A DNA stretch of 64,000 nt from Candidatus Kapaibacterium sp. (GCA_963665665.1 OY762428.1:128001-192000); one strand, 5' to 3'; shown: positions 18,538 to 28,925, counted from the stretch's first letter. Numbers and translations: made by a program. The notes: a model not told the origin generated them from the letters alone.

Positions 18538-19842
18538 TCACTCTTTGAACCTTTCCTTCCAGAGTATTTTCATTCTTCGCTGGAAACTTTCCTCCTTACC
18601 AAAATTCCCGGGCCTATAGTATGAAACAGGCCCGAAATTCTCGGGAAAATAGTTTTCTTTAATCCAGTGCCCCTCGTAATCGTGCGGATATTTATATCCT
18701 TTGCCATAGCCTTCATTCTTCATAAGTTTGGTCGGGGCATTTCGCAGGTGCATTGGCACAGTTCGCGGCACACCTCTTTTAATATCAGTTTCAGCCTGCT
18801 TAATAGCCATGTAGGATGCATTTGATTTCGCGGCGCAAGCCAGGTAGCTAACTCCCTGCGCCAGGTTAATCCTGCATTCCGGCATCCCAATACGTTCAAC
18901 CGCATCAAAAACCGAAACAGCCAGGGTAATTGCATAAGTATCTGCATTACCAATATCCTCGCTGGCAAAAATCAGCATACGCCTGGCAATAAACTTTGCG
19001 TCCTCGCCTGCGTCGAGCATTTTGGCAAGCCAGAATAGCGCAGCGTCAGGATCTGATCCCCGCAATGATTTAATAAAAGCTGAAATTGTATCATAATGGG
19101 CTTCCCCGTCTTTATCATATCTTGCAGTTTTCTGCTGCAGAGCCATTTCCAGAATATCACGATTTATCGTGGTAATACCTGAATTATCCTTTTTCGCTAT
19201 TTTTAACGAAAGGTCTATAGCATTCAGGGCCGTCCTGGCGTCCCCTCCTGAAATCTGAAGAAGAAATTCCCAGTCGTCAATTCGGACATTCTTTTCCTTT
19301 ATAATATCGTCTTCGCTTAAAGCTCTTTCAATCAACTCCCTTACATCTTCATCCGACAGAGGCCGCAGCCTGTACACCTGGCAGCGGCTAAGAAGTGCGG
19401 AATTCACTTCGAAAGACGGATTTTCCGTTGTTGCTCCTACAAGAGTGATAATTCCCCTTTCCACCGCGTGAAGTAGGGCATCCTGCTGCGATTTGTTGAA
19501 CCTGTGGATTTCATCAATAAACAGCAGAGTTTTCAATCCGAATGTAAGGTTTTCACTGGCAGTAGCAATAATCTTCCTTACTTCCCTAACTCCGGATTCC
19601 ACTGCCGAAATCCTAATAAATTCATAGTCTGACTGATTTGAGATCATAAGCGCCAGGGTTGTCTTGCCCACGCCCGGAGGCCCCCAGAAGATAATCGACG
19701 GGAAATTGCCGGATTCAAAAAAAAGCCTTAACGGAGCGCCATCGCCAACAAGGTGTTTCTGCCCTACCAGGTCGTCAATAGTAGCGGGCCTTATCCTGTC
19801 CGCCAGTGGGGGTGTTATATTCAATTTCGTATCTCTTGCCAT
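18538..19842 (-). CDS. rarA: Replication-associated recombination protein A (RarA/MgsA)
   Basis: [71 protein letters not shown]. Confidence 0.97.
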   Translation of the reverse strand: MARDTKLNITPPLADRIRPATIDDLVGQKHLVGDGAPLRLFFESGNFPSIIFWGPPGVGKTTLALMISNQSDYEFIRISAVESGVREVRKIIATASENLTFGLKTLLFIDEIHRFNKSQQDALLHAVERGIITLVGATTENPSFEVNSALLSRCQVYRLRPLSDEDVRELIERALSEDDIIKEKNVRIDDWEFLLQISGGDARTALNAIDLSLKIAKKDNSGITTINRDILEMALQQKTARYDKDGEAHYDTISAFIKSLRGSDPDAALFWLAKMLDAGEDAKFIARRMLIFASEDIGNADTYAITLAVSVFDAVERIGMPECRINLAQGVSYLACAAKSNASYMAIKQAETDIKRGVPRTVPMHLRNAPTKLMKNEGYGKGYKYPHDYEGHWIKENYFPENFGPVSYYRPGNFGKEESFQRRMKILWKERFKE

Positions 19843-19947
19843 AATCATTGCTAAAAATCATGCAATATAACACTGCCCTGATAAATTGAAAAGGTATTAA
19901 AATATTTTTATTACACTGAAAATTCAAATCACCAATCAACCTTTCAC

Positions 19948-19987
19948 AAACTAAAAAAACGGAGCCTTTGCCCCGTTTTTTTAGTTT
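19948..19987. terminator. Intrinsic (possibly bidirectional) terminator
   Basis: AAACTAAAAAAACGG...CCGTTTTTTTAGTTT inverted repeat downstream of the T9SS cargo gene. Confidence 0.7.
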
Positions 19988-20005
19988 CATTGTTTGTTGA
20001 TGTTT

Positions 20006-22369
20006 CTATTCCTTCATCACCTTGCAGGTTGAGACAATTTTTCCGCCGGAACTTATTTTTAGTACATAAGCGCCGGAAGGGATTTCAGGAACTTTGAACG
20101 GCAGGCTGAATGTTCCGGGAGTCAGGTTGGTATAAGTCGTTCTGGCGGTTTCTATGCCCTGGATATTATAAAGAACTGCCTGTATTTCTGTTTCGGAGTT
20201 GTTTTCAAGGACGAATGTAAACCTGTCCCGGAAGGGATTTGGGTATGTAGATATATTCTGAGATTGTGGCATTTCTTCGATGATTACATTTGGGTCTGTA
20301 AAGTCAAATACTGTTATGAAGGCATTTTGAGTACATGATAAAGAATCTATTTGAGCATCTTCACTTAAATAAAAGTCAGAAGCCTTAGTAAAGCCTCCAA
20401 CATAGACTTTATAATTATCACAATAAACACTTCTGGCGCTTACTCTTCCGGAGCCTCCGATAAATGTTGAATATAGCAATGTATCGCCGGATGGATCTAC
20501 TTTCATAAAGGTAGCGTCGAAGTTCATATACTCATCAAACGGCGGTTGTTTTTCCTTCATTATAGCATCTTCGCTTACTTCAAGTTCCCTTCCCGAAGAA
20601 TAGCCCCCCATGTATATATATCCGGATGGGTCGGAATCAATAAACACCCCGTAATCATCACCGTCGTTTGTACCATATATAGCTGTAAATTCATTATCAT
20701 AGTTGCCGTCAAATCTTACAAGCATGTAATCGCTATCCGGACCATCATCAATAATATTTCCTTTCATATTCGGCAGATCTTTAGATCTGGTGTAACCTCC
20801 GAGATAAAAATTATTATCGTCAATATATAACAGTTTTGCTACCGAATCCATAAGAGTACCACCGAAATAGCTTAGATATTCCAGATTTTTGAAGTCAGAA
20901 CTTATCTCCATGAAAAATATATCAGTGTGCTTACTGTCCGCAAAACCTGTATCATTAGCTATTGTATCTCGGGCATTTACCGTTAGAGGCAATCCGGTAC
21001 AATATGTATTACCAGCAAATACCAAATTACCGTTACTCTTTCGGAAACCGTCCTTGATTTCAAAAAGGCCTGATCCATCACCTCCAACCCTTGCTGCGGA
21101 CAATAACGTTTTCATTCCGTGGTCAAATTTACAAATGAATTCATTTCCGACTATAAGAGTTGTTTTATCAAGGTCGCATTCGGGAAACTTTGTAGAACCA
21201 TGTTTACCAGCAATAATTATCCCATCATCATACACATCCATCCAATGGCAATATTCTCTATCAAAAACGCCAAAATAACTTGACATCAACAAACTATCCA
21301 AAGTGGAATTAAAACAGGAAACAAAAACATTTATCGTACCTTCATCATTTGTTGGCCCATCTTTTATTACCCCCTCTGTAACAGGAAAATTGTTTGAGGA
21401 TGTTTCTCCGGCAATATATAGCTTCCCATTGTATGTTTTGAAAGATTTTAACCTGTCCTTTTCAAATCCACCAATGTATGCTAATAAATTAACATGATTA
21501 TTTTTATTAAGCCTTGCAACAATGACTCCCATGTTGCCCCAAATTCTTGAACTGTAAGCTCCTTCTGTATAAGGTAATTTCCTGGAATAAGTATATCCAG
21601 CAACATAATTTGTATCACCAAGAGCAGCAAATTTTTCGAAAGAATCACCGATATCACCTCCAAAATATGATGAATACACAAGCGGGTCTATCACAAGTGG
21701 CAGATCCGGATCGTAATTGCCGGGGGAAAGCCCCACGCTGCCGTCGCTATTAAGTATGAATCGGCAGGGAACAGCGCTAAGGCGGCTGTCGCCGGGCTTG
21801 CCGCTCTCCTGGTAGGCAAATATCTGTCCGTGCTTTATTTCGCCGAGGCTTGTACCGAGTACAAGGCTGCCTTCCGCATCAATATCAATATAATCCTGGC
21901 CGGTGAATTTCATCATGATATTCTCCGGATCGGCTCCGGGATGAAGTATGAAGTCATATCTCATACCCGTGGCATCGAAATAATACCTGATATCAGTACC
22001 AGGATAAATATCTTTTGCAGTTACGGAAGAAAATGAAGCAACATGCTTTGCCCATTTTGTGGGGTCGTTCCCGGTGAAGTAGTTGCGAACAATTTTATTC
22101 CTGCCGGATGGAGCAAACTCAGGAACGGCTGAAGTGCCAGCAAGGCTGCACTTAATAACATGCCCCGCAAGGCTTGTATCCCGCCCGTTTACTTCCATTT
22201 TTGAATAATCATAAATCACGCTGCCGGGCATAATCCATGCCGTCATCCCGGCGCTTTCAGTCTTGTAGCGTACATCCGCATCCCACTGGCCACGGTTCTC
22301 GATGAATTCGGAGGCGAAGAGAGGGGATGAGAGGAAGAGTAACAATATTAAGTATTTTTTCTTTTTCAT
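20006..22369 (-). CDS. T9SS-secreted protein with SBBP-like beta-propeller repeats and C-terminal type A sorting domain
   Basis: Signal peptide, FIENRGQW, YDFILHPGADP..I, LVIDPLVYSSYFGG, repeated G.T.S.FP, C-terminal YPNPF...SGAYVLKI...KVMK. ATGA-coupled to the upstream gene. Confidence 0.88.
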   Translation of the reverse strand: MKKKKYLILLLFLSSPLFASEFIENRGQWDADVRYKTESAGMTAWIMPGSVIYDYSKMEVNGRDTSLAGHVIKCSLAGTSAVPEFAPSGRNKIVRNYFTGNDPTKWAKHVASFSSVTAKDIYPGTDIRYYFDATGMRYDFILHPGADPENIMMKFTGQDYIDIDAEGSLVLGTSLGEIKHGQIFAYQESGKPGDSRLSAVPCRFILNSDGSVGLSPGNYDPDLPLVIDPLVYSSYFGGDIGDSFEKFAALGDTNYVAGYTYSRKLPYTEGAYSSRIWGNMGVIVARLNKNNHVNLLAYIGGFEKDRLKSFKTYNGKLYIAGETSSNNFPVTEGVIKDGPTNDEGTINVFVSCFNSTLDSLLMSSYFGVFDREYCHWMDVYDDGIIIAGKHGSTKFPECDLDKTTLIVGNEFICKFDHGMKTLLSAARVGGDGSGLFEIKDGFRKSNGNLVFAGNTYCTGLPLTVNARDTIANDTGFADSKHTDIFFMEISSDFKNLEYLSYFGGTLMDSVAKLLYIDDNNFYLGGYTRSKDLPNMKGNIIDDGPDSDYMLVRFDGNYDNEFTAIYGTNDGDDYGVFIDSDPSGYIYMGGYSSGRELEVSEDAIMKEKQPPFDEYMNFDATFMKVDPSGDTLLYSTFIGGSGRVSARSVYCDNYKVYVGGFTKASDFYLSEDAQIDSLSCTQNAFITVFDFTDPNVIIEEMPQSQNISTYPNPFRDRFTFVLENNSETEIQAVLYNIQGIETARTTYTNLTPGTFSLPFKVPEIPSGAYVLKISSGGKIVSTCKVMKE

Positions 22370-23172
22370 TGTTTGATTTCCTTTAACGCTTTTTGTTTGT
22401 AGCAATCGTTGATATAAATCAGGGCTTCATCCTCGAGAATAATTTCTTTGGTTACCAACTGCAAATCCAAATTATATATGTATTTGGTAATTGTTTTGCC
22501 ATAAACATATTCCCCTTGAGACCAACGGCTTGCTATCATAGTATTCAACTCACTCAGGTTAGCCATGTCGATCTCTAAATTTACTGTGATTACAACGAAA
22601 TTATTTTTATCCTCTCCTGTATAAATAATTTCCTCATTTATAAACTCGAAATTCCCGGGTTTATCAGGGTATTTTCTGTTAAATAATATAATGCCGTCAA
22701 TATAGGGTTTGACCGGTTTTTTATATATACTTTTACCTCCAATATCATATTGAATACAATCATAGTTTTCTGATCTTCTAAGACTTGACCAAAATCCTGA
22801 AAAGTATATTTCATCAGTTGTACAAAATTTCTTTGTATTATTATTCAATATCTTAAAAGAATGATCCGGATGTTTCTTTTGACCAAAATCTGTGGTCCAA
22901 AAAATCCAATATTGTACAGAGGAATCGCTGCTTATCCAATAACTATATGGTGTAAAATTTGGAAATTTGTCAATTTCCTTCGGACAATTATTCAGACAAA
23001 AAGAATCTCTAACAAAAATCCCCTTATAACATTTAGGAACAGAAGAATATCCTCTGCTGCTGCAAGAATATAATAATATTGATAGAAAGATTAATACAAT
23101 GGTTTGATTATAAAATAATATCATTCGATTAATTTGTTTCATTTTGCTTTTCATTATTAGTGTCACCTCCAT
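22366..23172 (-). CDS. Putative lipoprotein, candidate Rhs immunity protein (true start probably 23154-23124)
   Basis: Overlaps the toxin ORF end, lipobox LLYSC, AT-rich. Confidence 0.6.
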   Translation of the reverse strand: MEVTLIMKSKMKQINRMILFYNQTIVLIFLSILLYSCSSRGYSSVPKCYKGIFVRDSFCLNNCPKEIDKFPNFTPYSYWISSDSSVQYWIFWTTDFGQKKHPDHSFKILNNNTKKFCTTDEIYFSGFWSSLRRSENYDCIQYDIGGKSIYKKPVKPYIDGIILFNRKYPDKPGNFEFINEEIIYTGEDKNNFVVITVNLEIDMANLSELNTMIASRWSQGEYVYGKTITKYIYNLDLQLVTKEIILEDEALIYINDCYKQKALKEIKQ

Positions 23173-23965
23173 TGGATGATCTTTCGGTATTCGTCAAAAA
23201 TTCTTTTCTCTTCTTTAGTGCATACATGATGTATTTTCTAGTTTTTATTTTAGACTTGCGTTCCGCAGCAGCCCCGTTTTCAGTTGCAGTTGGTAAATCG
23301 CCGAGTGTATGGACAACAGTATTTACAATATTTTTTCCAGAGGTCGCATCTCCACTAGGCCACACCTGCCAGCCTTCATGAGATGGACAGTCCTGATCCT
23401 GAACAGTATGTAGCGCTGCGCCGAGCTTTTTAAAATCTCCGGTTTCAATAAAATCGTTAATATTTGTTTCGATAAAATTTTTCATTTTTTTATCTGCTTT
23501 TTCAATTGCTGCTTCCCTATCGCCATCCACCGCCTCAAGATCATCTTGACTTAACATTGCATGCTTATATTGATTTTTCTGATCTTCATCAACTTCCACA
23601 TTACCTTCTACCATCTGCTCTATCTCGTTATCTGTTAAACCTAAATCTGCAGCAGCATCTTCTGTAATACTTTTGTGAACGTTTACTGGCCATACCGCTG
23701 CCCATCCTCCAGTATTATCTAAAAGATTTACAGGATTATTCATACAATAATGATATGGAGTCCATTCATAATACATTTCCCACAGCGGGTCAATGCTGGT
23801 AAAGCGGCCCAGGGCGTAGCTGTACTTGCGCACGCCAAAGTCGCTCCCGATTGACTTTTGGAATCAAATGCGCTCGGGATTTCGCTACGCTCAACCAGCC
23901 CGGTTTCAGCGTCTTTTTCCTTGCTCCCGACAAGTCGGGATTTCGCAAGCTCAACAATGAACGAG
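23129..23965 (-). pseudogene. Orphan Rhs core fragment + C-terminal toxin domain (Zn-phospholipase C/Het-C-like), interrupted by two REP-like insertions
   Basis: Removing the inserts at 23845-23894 and 23925-23954 restores SFIGKEKDAETGLGDFGVRKYSYALGRFTSIDPLW...TPYHYCMNNPVNLLDNTG. The toxin domain has W..H..IT..A, N..VD, HAM, LGAALHTVQD...SH. Confidence 0.85.
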
Positions 23966-24099
23966 GATTGAAACCACACAATTTCAAAGAACTGATTGTT
24001 TACCCTTTAATTTAATCATATTTATTATTATTTCAAAGGGGTAATCTAATAATATTTCAGTATCGTAGCCCGGGCATTTTTGTAGTTTAATGATTACGA

Positions 24100-24340
24100 A
24101 CGAGAACTAACAGCCCCGTAGCTGTGGCATATCTATCTTCTGTCGCTCCTACGGAACTTTTTTTATATAATTCCGATACTCTATCGTCTGTCCTATCCGA
24201 AAGAAAAGAGGACTTCCCTCATGGGGCCTTCTAAAAGGTTAGAAACCCGGTCATTCTGGAGGAGCGAATCGACCGAAGAATCCATCTTTGTTCGCAGATA
24301 ATGTAATAAGAATGCATCCTTCGCTTTGCTCAGGACTTTC
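24100..24340. repeat. REP-like palindrome cluster
   Basis: CAGCCCCGTAGCTG, TGTCGCTCCTACGGAAC, GTCATTCTGGAGG..CGAAGAATCC...CCTTCGCTTTGCTCAGGA. Confidence 0.7.
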
Positions 24341-24781
24341 ATAATTTTTGAAAAAATAATATATCTGAATAGGCATAAATTTTAAATCGTGGAAATTGTT
24401 TTGCAAATAATAATCAGAAATGTTTTGTATACCCGGAAACTGATTTGGGATTATTTAATATTTTGATATTACAAAAATACCTTGATGCCGTAGTTCTGAT
24501 GCTTCCTAAAAATCAATAACCCGGATATTTTTTTAATCAATTGTTAAGAAGAAAAAAAATTAGTGAAGCGTATGTATGAATTTTTATAAGGCCACTGGTA
24601 TTGAATATTAGTTTTTCATAAAATGATAAACCGTGGTTTATTGCATCACAATCCACTCTGATTTTACTCAATTTTTTTGTAATTTTGAAATTCCGTATTG
24701 TGGCATTATGATATATATCTGTTTGTCGTATTTGCGGAATCTCGGAACATATTGGTTTATAAATCTATCAGAGACAGGGGC

Positions 24782-25663
24782 ATGACATTACAAATCGACT
24801 TCGGTACTCAGACCTTTACCAACCAACAACGCTCTCCTGAAGAGTTCGCTGAAATAGCAAACACTATCAGGAAGGACATAATTAAAAGCCTCGTGCTGGC
24901 CAAATCCGGGCACAGCGGCGGGCCTCTCGGTGTTTCGGACATCATGGCCGTTCTTTTCTTTGGCGGATACATGAGATATAAAAATGATGATCCGAAATGG
25001 GACGGGCGCGACCGCTTCGTTCTTAGCGCAGGACACATGGCGCCGGTTCATTACTCGGTTCTGGCACGCGCCGGTTTTTTCCCGGTTGAAGAACTGGCAA
25101 CACTCAGAAAATTCGGAACAAGGCTTCAGGGCCATCCGGCACTTGATGTGGGGCTTCCCGGTATTGAAACTGCCTCCGGATCACTTGGGCAGGGCATTTC
25201 AATTGCAGTAGGTATGGCAATGAGCGATAAACTTGTTGATAAAAACGATAAACTTGTTTATTGTATCAGCGGCGACGGCGAGCTCCAGGAGGGAGCAGTC
25301 TGGGAAGCTGCTATGGCTGCGGCAAATTATAAGCTGGATAATCTTTGCTGGATAGTCGATAACAATGACTGCCAGATTGACGGCAGGGTAAAGGACGTTA
25401 TGAGTGTTTATCCCCTGAAAGAAAAGTTCGAGGCATTTAACTGCAACGTGATTGAAATTGACGGGCATGACTATTCACAGATAATTTCAGCCTTCGATAA
25501 ATTTAAAGAAAATGTCGGCTCCGGCAGGCCTGCTGTAATTATCGCTAACACATTCATGGGCAAAGGTGTTTCCTTTATGCATGATAAATACCAGTGGCAC
25601 GGCAACCCGCCTAAAGAAGACCAGGCAATTGAAGCACTGGCCGAACTTGGAGAAAAATTGTAA
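24782..25663 (+). CDS. Transketolase, N-terminal (TPP-binding) subunit
   Basis: SGHSGG, RDRFVLSAGH, LQGHP, GSLGQG, GDGELQEG..WEA, DNN..QIDG, WHG. Confidence 0.95.
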   Translation: MTLQIDFGTQTFTNQQRSPEEFAEIANTIRKDIIKSLVLAKSGHSGGPLGVSDIMAVLFFGGYMRYKNDDPKWDGRDRFVLSAGHMAPVHYSVLARAGFFPVEELATLRKFGTRLQGHPALDVGLPGIETASGSLGQGISIAVGMAMSDKLVDKNDKLVYCISGDGELQEGAVWEAAMAAANYKLDNLCWIVDNNDCQIDGRVKDVMSVYPLKEKFEAFNCNVIEIDGHDYSQIISAFDKFKENVGSGRPAVIIANTFMGKGVSFMHDKYQWHGNPPKEDQAIEALAELGEKL

Positions 25664-25685
25664 GTATATAATAATCATTATTATA

Positions 25686-26303
25686 ATGAAAAGACTACAA
25701 TATTCTATATTATTTTTAACCCTGATAATTTTATCAATTTCGGGACTTGTTTCCTGCAACGAAAAAGATAAATTCGATGTACAGGAAAACTATTCAAGGG
25801 AAAAGGCAATTAAAGAAGCGCCTAAAACAGATCCCAAAGTACTGCTTGAACCTGAACTGATGGAAGCTTTCCTGCCTAAGCAATTGACCAACTCGGAAAA
25901 ATATCCCTGGAGCGGAGGCTTCTCGTCGGATGATTTCCAAACCTGGTCTACTGTTGCCACGGATTATGTGTTCGACAACAGGGGATTTGCCCACGCGGCA
26001 ATTTTTGATTACGGCCCGGGCGGATATAATGACGATGAAGAAATGATCCACCAGATGCCTGAAATTCCTGGCCACATCGTTACAAGGATTAAAAATTCCT
26101 ACGGGCCCGGTTACCTGGCATGGATTCCTGACCTGAGAAAAGGAAGAATTGCTTTTCTTGCTGCTGACAGGTATGTAATAAAGATTGAAATTGATAAGCT
26201 ACCGGATTATATTAAAAACCCGGAAGAAATATTTAATAAATATGACCTGGCCGGACTTGTAAGAGCGGGAGATAACAGGGTTAATGAACTAAACAAGAAA
26301 TAA
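25686..26303 (+). CDS. Hypothetical lipoprotein
   Basis: MKRLQYSILFLTLIILSISGLVSC lipoprotein signal. Lies between the two transketolase halves. Confidence 0.75.
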   Translation: MKRLQYSILFLTLIILSISGLVSCNEKDKFDVQENYSREKAIKEAPKTDPKVLLEPELMEAFLPKQLTNSEKYPWSGGFSSDDFQTWSTVATDYVFDNRGFAHAAIFDYGPGGYNDDEEMIHQMPEIPGHIVTRIKNSYGPGYLAWIPDLRKGRIAFLAADRYVIKIEIDKLPDYIKNPEEIFNKYDLAGLVRAGDNRVNELNKK

Positions 26304-26329
26304 ATATCAAAAAACAATACAGAATTACT

Positions 26330-27346
26330 ATGAAAAAATTTGAACTTCTCGGAAAAAAACCAACGCGCCACGGATTTGGCGAAGCTCTGGCCGAACTTGG
26401 CGAAAAGCATGACAACGTGGTTGTTCTTGGCGGTGATATCACCGGTTCTGTAATGACTTCATACTTCAAAGAGAAATTCCCCGAAAGATTCTTTTCCTGC
26501 GGTATAGCCGAGCAGAATGCAACAACTATAGCAACTGGCCTGGCTTTATCAGGGAAGATAGCTTTCTTTTCCAGCTACAGCGCTTTCGCGGCGTTCAGGA
26601 ACTCCGATCAGCTCCGCATTTCTGTTTGCTATAATAATGCAAATGTAAAAATCGGAGGGGGGCATTCAGGTATTACAGTCGGACCTGACGGCGCTACCCA
26701 CCAATCGCTTGAAGAAATTTCATTTCTCAGGGCATTACCAAACATGACTCTTGTTGTTCCCTGCGACTTCCAGGAAGCCAAGAAAGCAACATGGGCGACA
26801 GGAGAGATGAACGGCCCTGCATACATCCGTTTCGGACGTTCGGCAATCCCCATGTTTACAACCGGGGAAACGCCATTTGAAATAGGTAAAGCAGAAGTTT
26901 TCCGCGAAGGAAATGACCTTGCTATCGTAGCCTGCGGCCTGATGGTTTGGGAAGCACTTATGGCAGCCGAAGAACTTGAAAAGAAACACGGCATACAGGC
27001 AAGAGTAATTAATAACCACACTATCAAGCCTATCGACGTGGAAACAATTACCACAGCCGCGAGGGAATGCGGCGCTATCGTTACTGCCGAGGAACACCAG
27101 GTTCACGGCGGGCTTGGTGCGGCTGTTTCAGAAGTTGTTGTTAAAAATCAGCCTGTTCCGATGGAATTTATCGGAGTTCCTGATCGCTTCGGCGAGAGTG
27201 GCGAACCCGACGAACTTCAGCAGGCATTCGGCCTGAACTGGAAATCTGTTTATGCCGCAGCCCTGAAAGCCATCGACAGGAAGAAAAACGGAAGCAGCGG
27301 TTTCCGTAAACTCACCGAAATGGAAGAGTATTCCGAAGGAATGTAA
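26330..27346 (+). CDS. Transketolase, C-terminal (pyrimidine-binding/C) subunit
   Basis: TRHGFGEAL, GIAEQN, GPDGATHQ, YIRFGR, TIKPID, EEHQ..GGLG, FGESG. Confidence 0.95.
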   Translation: MKKFELLGKKPTRHGFGEALAELGEKHDNVVVLGGDITGSVMTSYFKEKFPERFFSCGIAEQNATTIATGLALSGKIAFFSSYSAFAAFRNSDQLRISVCYNNANVKIGGGHSGITVGPDGATHQSLEEISFLRALPNMTLVVPCDFQEAKKATWATGEMNGPAYIRFGRSAIPMFTTGETPFEIGKAEVFREGNDLAIVACGLMVWEALMAAEELEKKHGIQARVINNHTIKPIDVETITTAARECGAIVTAEEHQVHGGLGAAVSEVVVKNQPVPMEFIGVPDRFGESGEPDELQQAFGLNWKSVYAAALKAIDRKKNGSSGFRKLTEMEEYSEGM

Positions 27347-27372
27347 TCCATATAGAGATATTTTATATATAT

Positions 27373-27400
27373 AATCCCTGCCATTCCGGCGGGGATTTTT
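27373..27400 (+). terminator. Intrinsic terminator
   Basis: AATCCCTGCC-ATTCC-GGCGGGGATT followed by a T-run, after the transketolase C subunit. Confidence 0.8.
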
Positions 27401-27494
27401 GTTATTCAAACCTCCGGAAGGTTTGTGTTTTATATCGCCGGTAATATTATTGGCAAAGTTCTTGAACAGGATACTTCCGAAGGTTTTGGCATTC

Positions 27495-28430
27495 AGCTCC
27501 GTAGGAGCGGAATTTTTGTAGATAATGTTTACATTGTGATTATTAAAAGCTCCGTAGGAGCGACAGAGTCTTTTGGCCATGTCGCCCCGAAAAAATTCCC
27601 CTCGTTGAGGGGTGGCGAGCGCAGCGAGTTCCCGACACGTCGGGACAGGCTGGGGTGGTTTCTTTTTCTTAGTCTTCGGGACGTTGCGTCTTTATCCACG
27701 AGCTAAAGCACGTGGCTATTGATTTTGACGATTATAAGGCTGGAAGGTCATTCTGAGCGCCAGCGAAGGATCCATTCTTCATAAATTATCCGCAAGGAAG
27801 ATGGATTCTTCGGTCTCAAGCTCCGTCAGAATGACGGATGGGAATGTCCCCCGCTGGCGGGGGTGTCCGAAGGACGGGGGTGGACTTCCGGAAAATTCCC
27901 CTCCCTTGGAGGGGATTAAAGGGGTGGTTTCTTTTTCTTAGCCTCCGCACCTTGCACATTTATCCACGAGCTAAAGCACGTGGCTATTGAACTTGACGAT
28001 GGTAAAACTGCATGTCATTCTGAGCGCCAGCGAAGAATCCATTCTTAATGCATTCCCTGCAAACGAAAATGGATTCTTCGGTCGCAAGCTCCTTCAGAAT
28101 GACGGATGGGAATGTCCCCCGCTGTCGCCGACGTGTCGGGAAAGGACGGGGGTGGACTTCCGGAAAAATTCCCCTCCTAATGTAGGAGGGAATTACAGGG
28201 GTGGTTTGCTTTCTTTGCCTTCGCACCTTGCACATTTATCCACGAGCTAAAGCACGTGGCTATTGAATTTGACGATTATAAAGCTGGGATGTCATTCTGA
28301 GCGCCAGCGAAGAATCCATTCTTATTACACTATCTGCAAACAAAGATGGATTCTTCGGTCGCAAGCTCCGGAAGCCTGCACCTGCCTGCACCGATTTATC
28401 GGTGACGTGTCGGGGAATGACAACATAATA
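27495..28430. repeat. BIME-like mosaic: three ~270-bp tandem units of REP-like palindromes
   Basis: Anchor TTTATCCACGAGCTAAAGCACGTGGCTATTGA at 27691, 27959 and 28235. Each is followed by GTCATTCTGAGCGCCAGCGAAG.ATCC...GGATTCTTCG..GAATGAC and preceded by a CCCCTC..GAGGGG hairpin. Confidence 0.92.
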
Positions 28431-28445
28431 CCTCCTTCTCCGGCT

Positions 28446-28657
28446 CTTACTCCCCGTTATTCCACCCCAATGAACAGGCCGCCGGCCTTAATTCCCCAAC
28501 CTGTGGTCTCAATGAATCGAATAATTTCCTTAATTCAACGCTGTTTTGAACCAGAATCCTGATGTTTGGGCTAATTGCTTGGATTGCAGGGCTTTAAACT
28601 GCCTTGGCCGGAGGTATTGAACTACTGTTTGGCCTTAATGTAGTGAAATTTGGCCTC
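28446..28657. repeat. Degenerate 21-nt-period array (CTYAAT-like anchor, variable remainder)
   Basis: Units at 28466, 28487, 28508, 28529, 28571, 28634 and 28655 begin CCCAAT/CTTAAT/CTCAAT/CTTAAT/CTAATT/CTTAAT/CTCATT. Confidence 0.65.
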
Positions 28658-28918
28658 ATTGAACACTTGGTTGGCTTTACTGAACACTTGGTTGATCTTA
28701 CTGAACACTTGGTTAATCTTACTGAACACTTGGTTGATCTTACTGAACACTTGGTTGATCTTACTGAACACTTGGTTGACCTTACTGAACACTTGGTTGA
28801 TCTTACTGAACACTTGGTTGACCTTACTGAACACTTGGTTGGCTTTACTGAACACTTGGTTGACCTTACTGAACACTTGGTTGATCTTACTGAACACTTG
28901 GTTGATCTTACTGAACAT
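28658..28918. repeat. Homogeneous 21-bp tandem repeat, about 12.5 copies of ACTGAACACTTGGTTGA(T/C)CTT
   Basis: Directly visible. Translates as (TEHLVDL)n, (LLNTWLI)n or (FSKINQV)n. Confidence 0.97.
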
Positions 28919-28925
28919 GTTCTTT

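Noticed and set aside
23962-23975. GAGGATTGAAAC, resembling the 3' end of a type I-B CRISPR repeat, at the Rhs fragment boundary
   Set aside because: Single short match with no second repeat; partly explained by Rhs coding sequence
25631-26406. ~26-bp imperfect direct repeat (EALAELGEK) flanking the lipoprotein, 750 bp apart and in frame
   Set aside because: Both motifs are independently typical of split transketolase termini, and recombination would delete the conserved TR..FG motif; probably coincidental
27692-28244. TTATCCACG DnaA-box-like motifs suggesting an origin
   Set aside because: One-mismatch boxes are part of the repeated palindrome; no dnaA or DUE context
27691-28430. Possible CRISPR array (32-nt identical repeats)
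   Set aside because: Spacing is ~270 bp and the intervening sequences are homologous to each other, so this is a REP mosaic rather than repeat-spacer architecture
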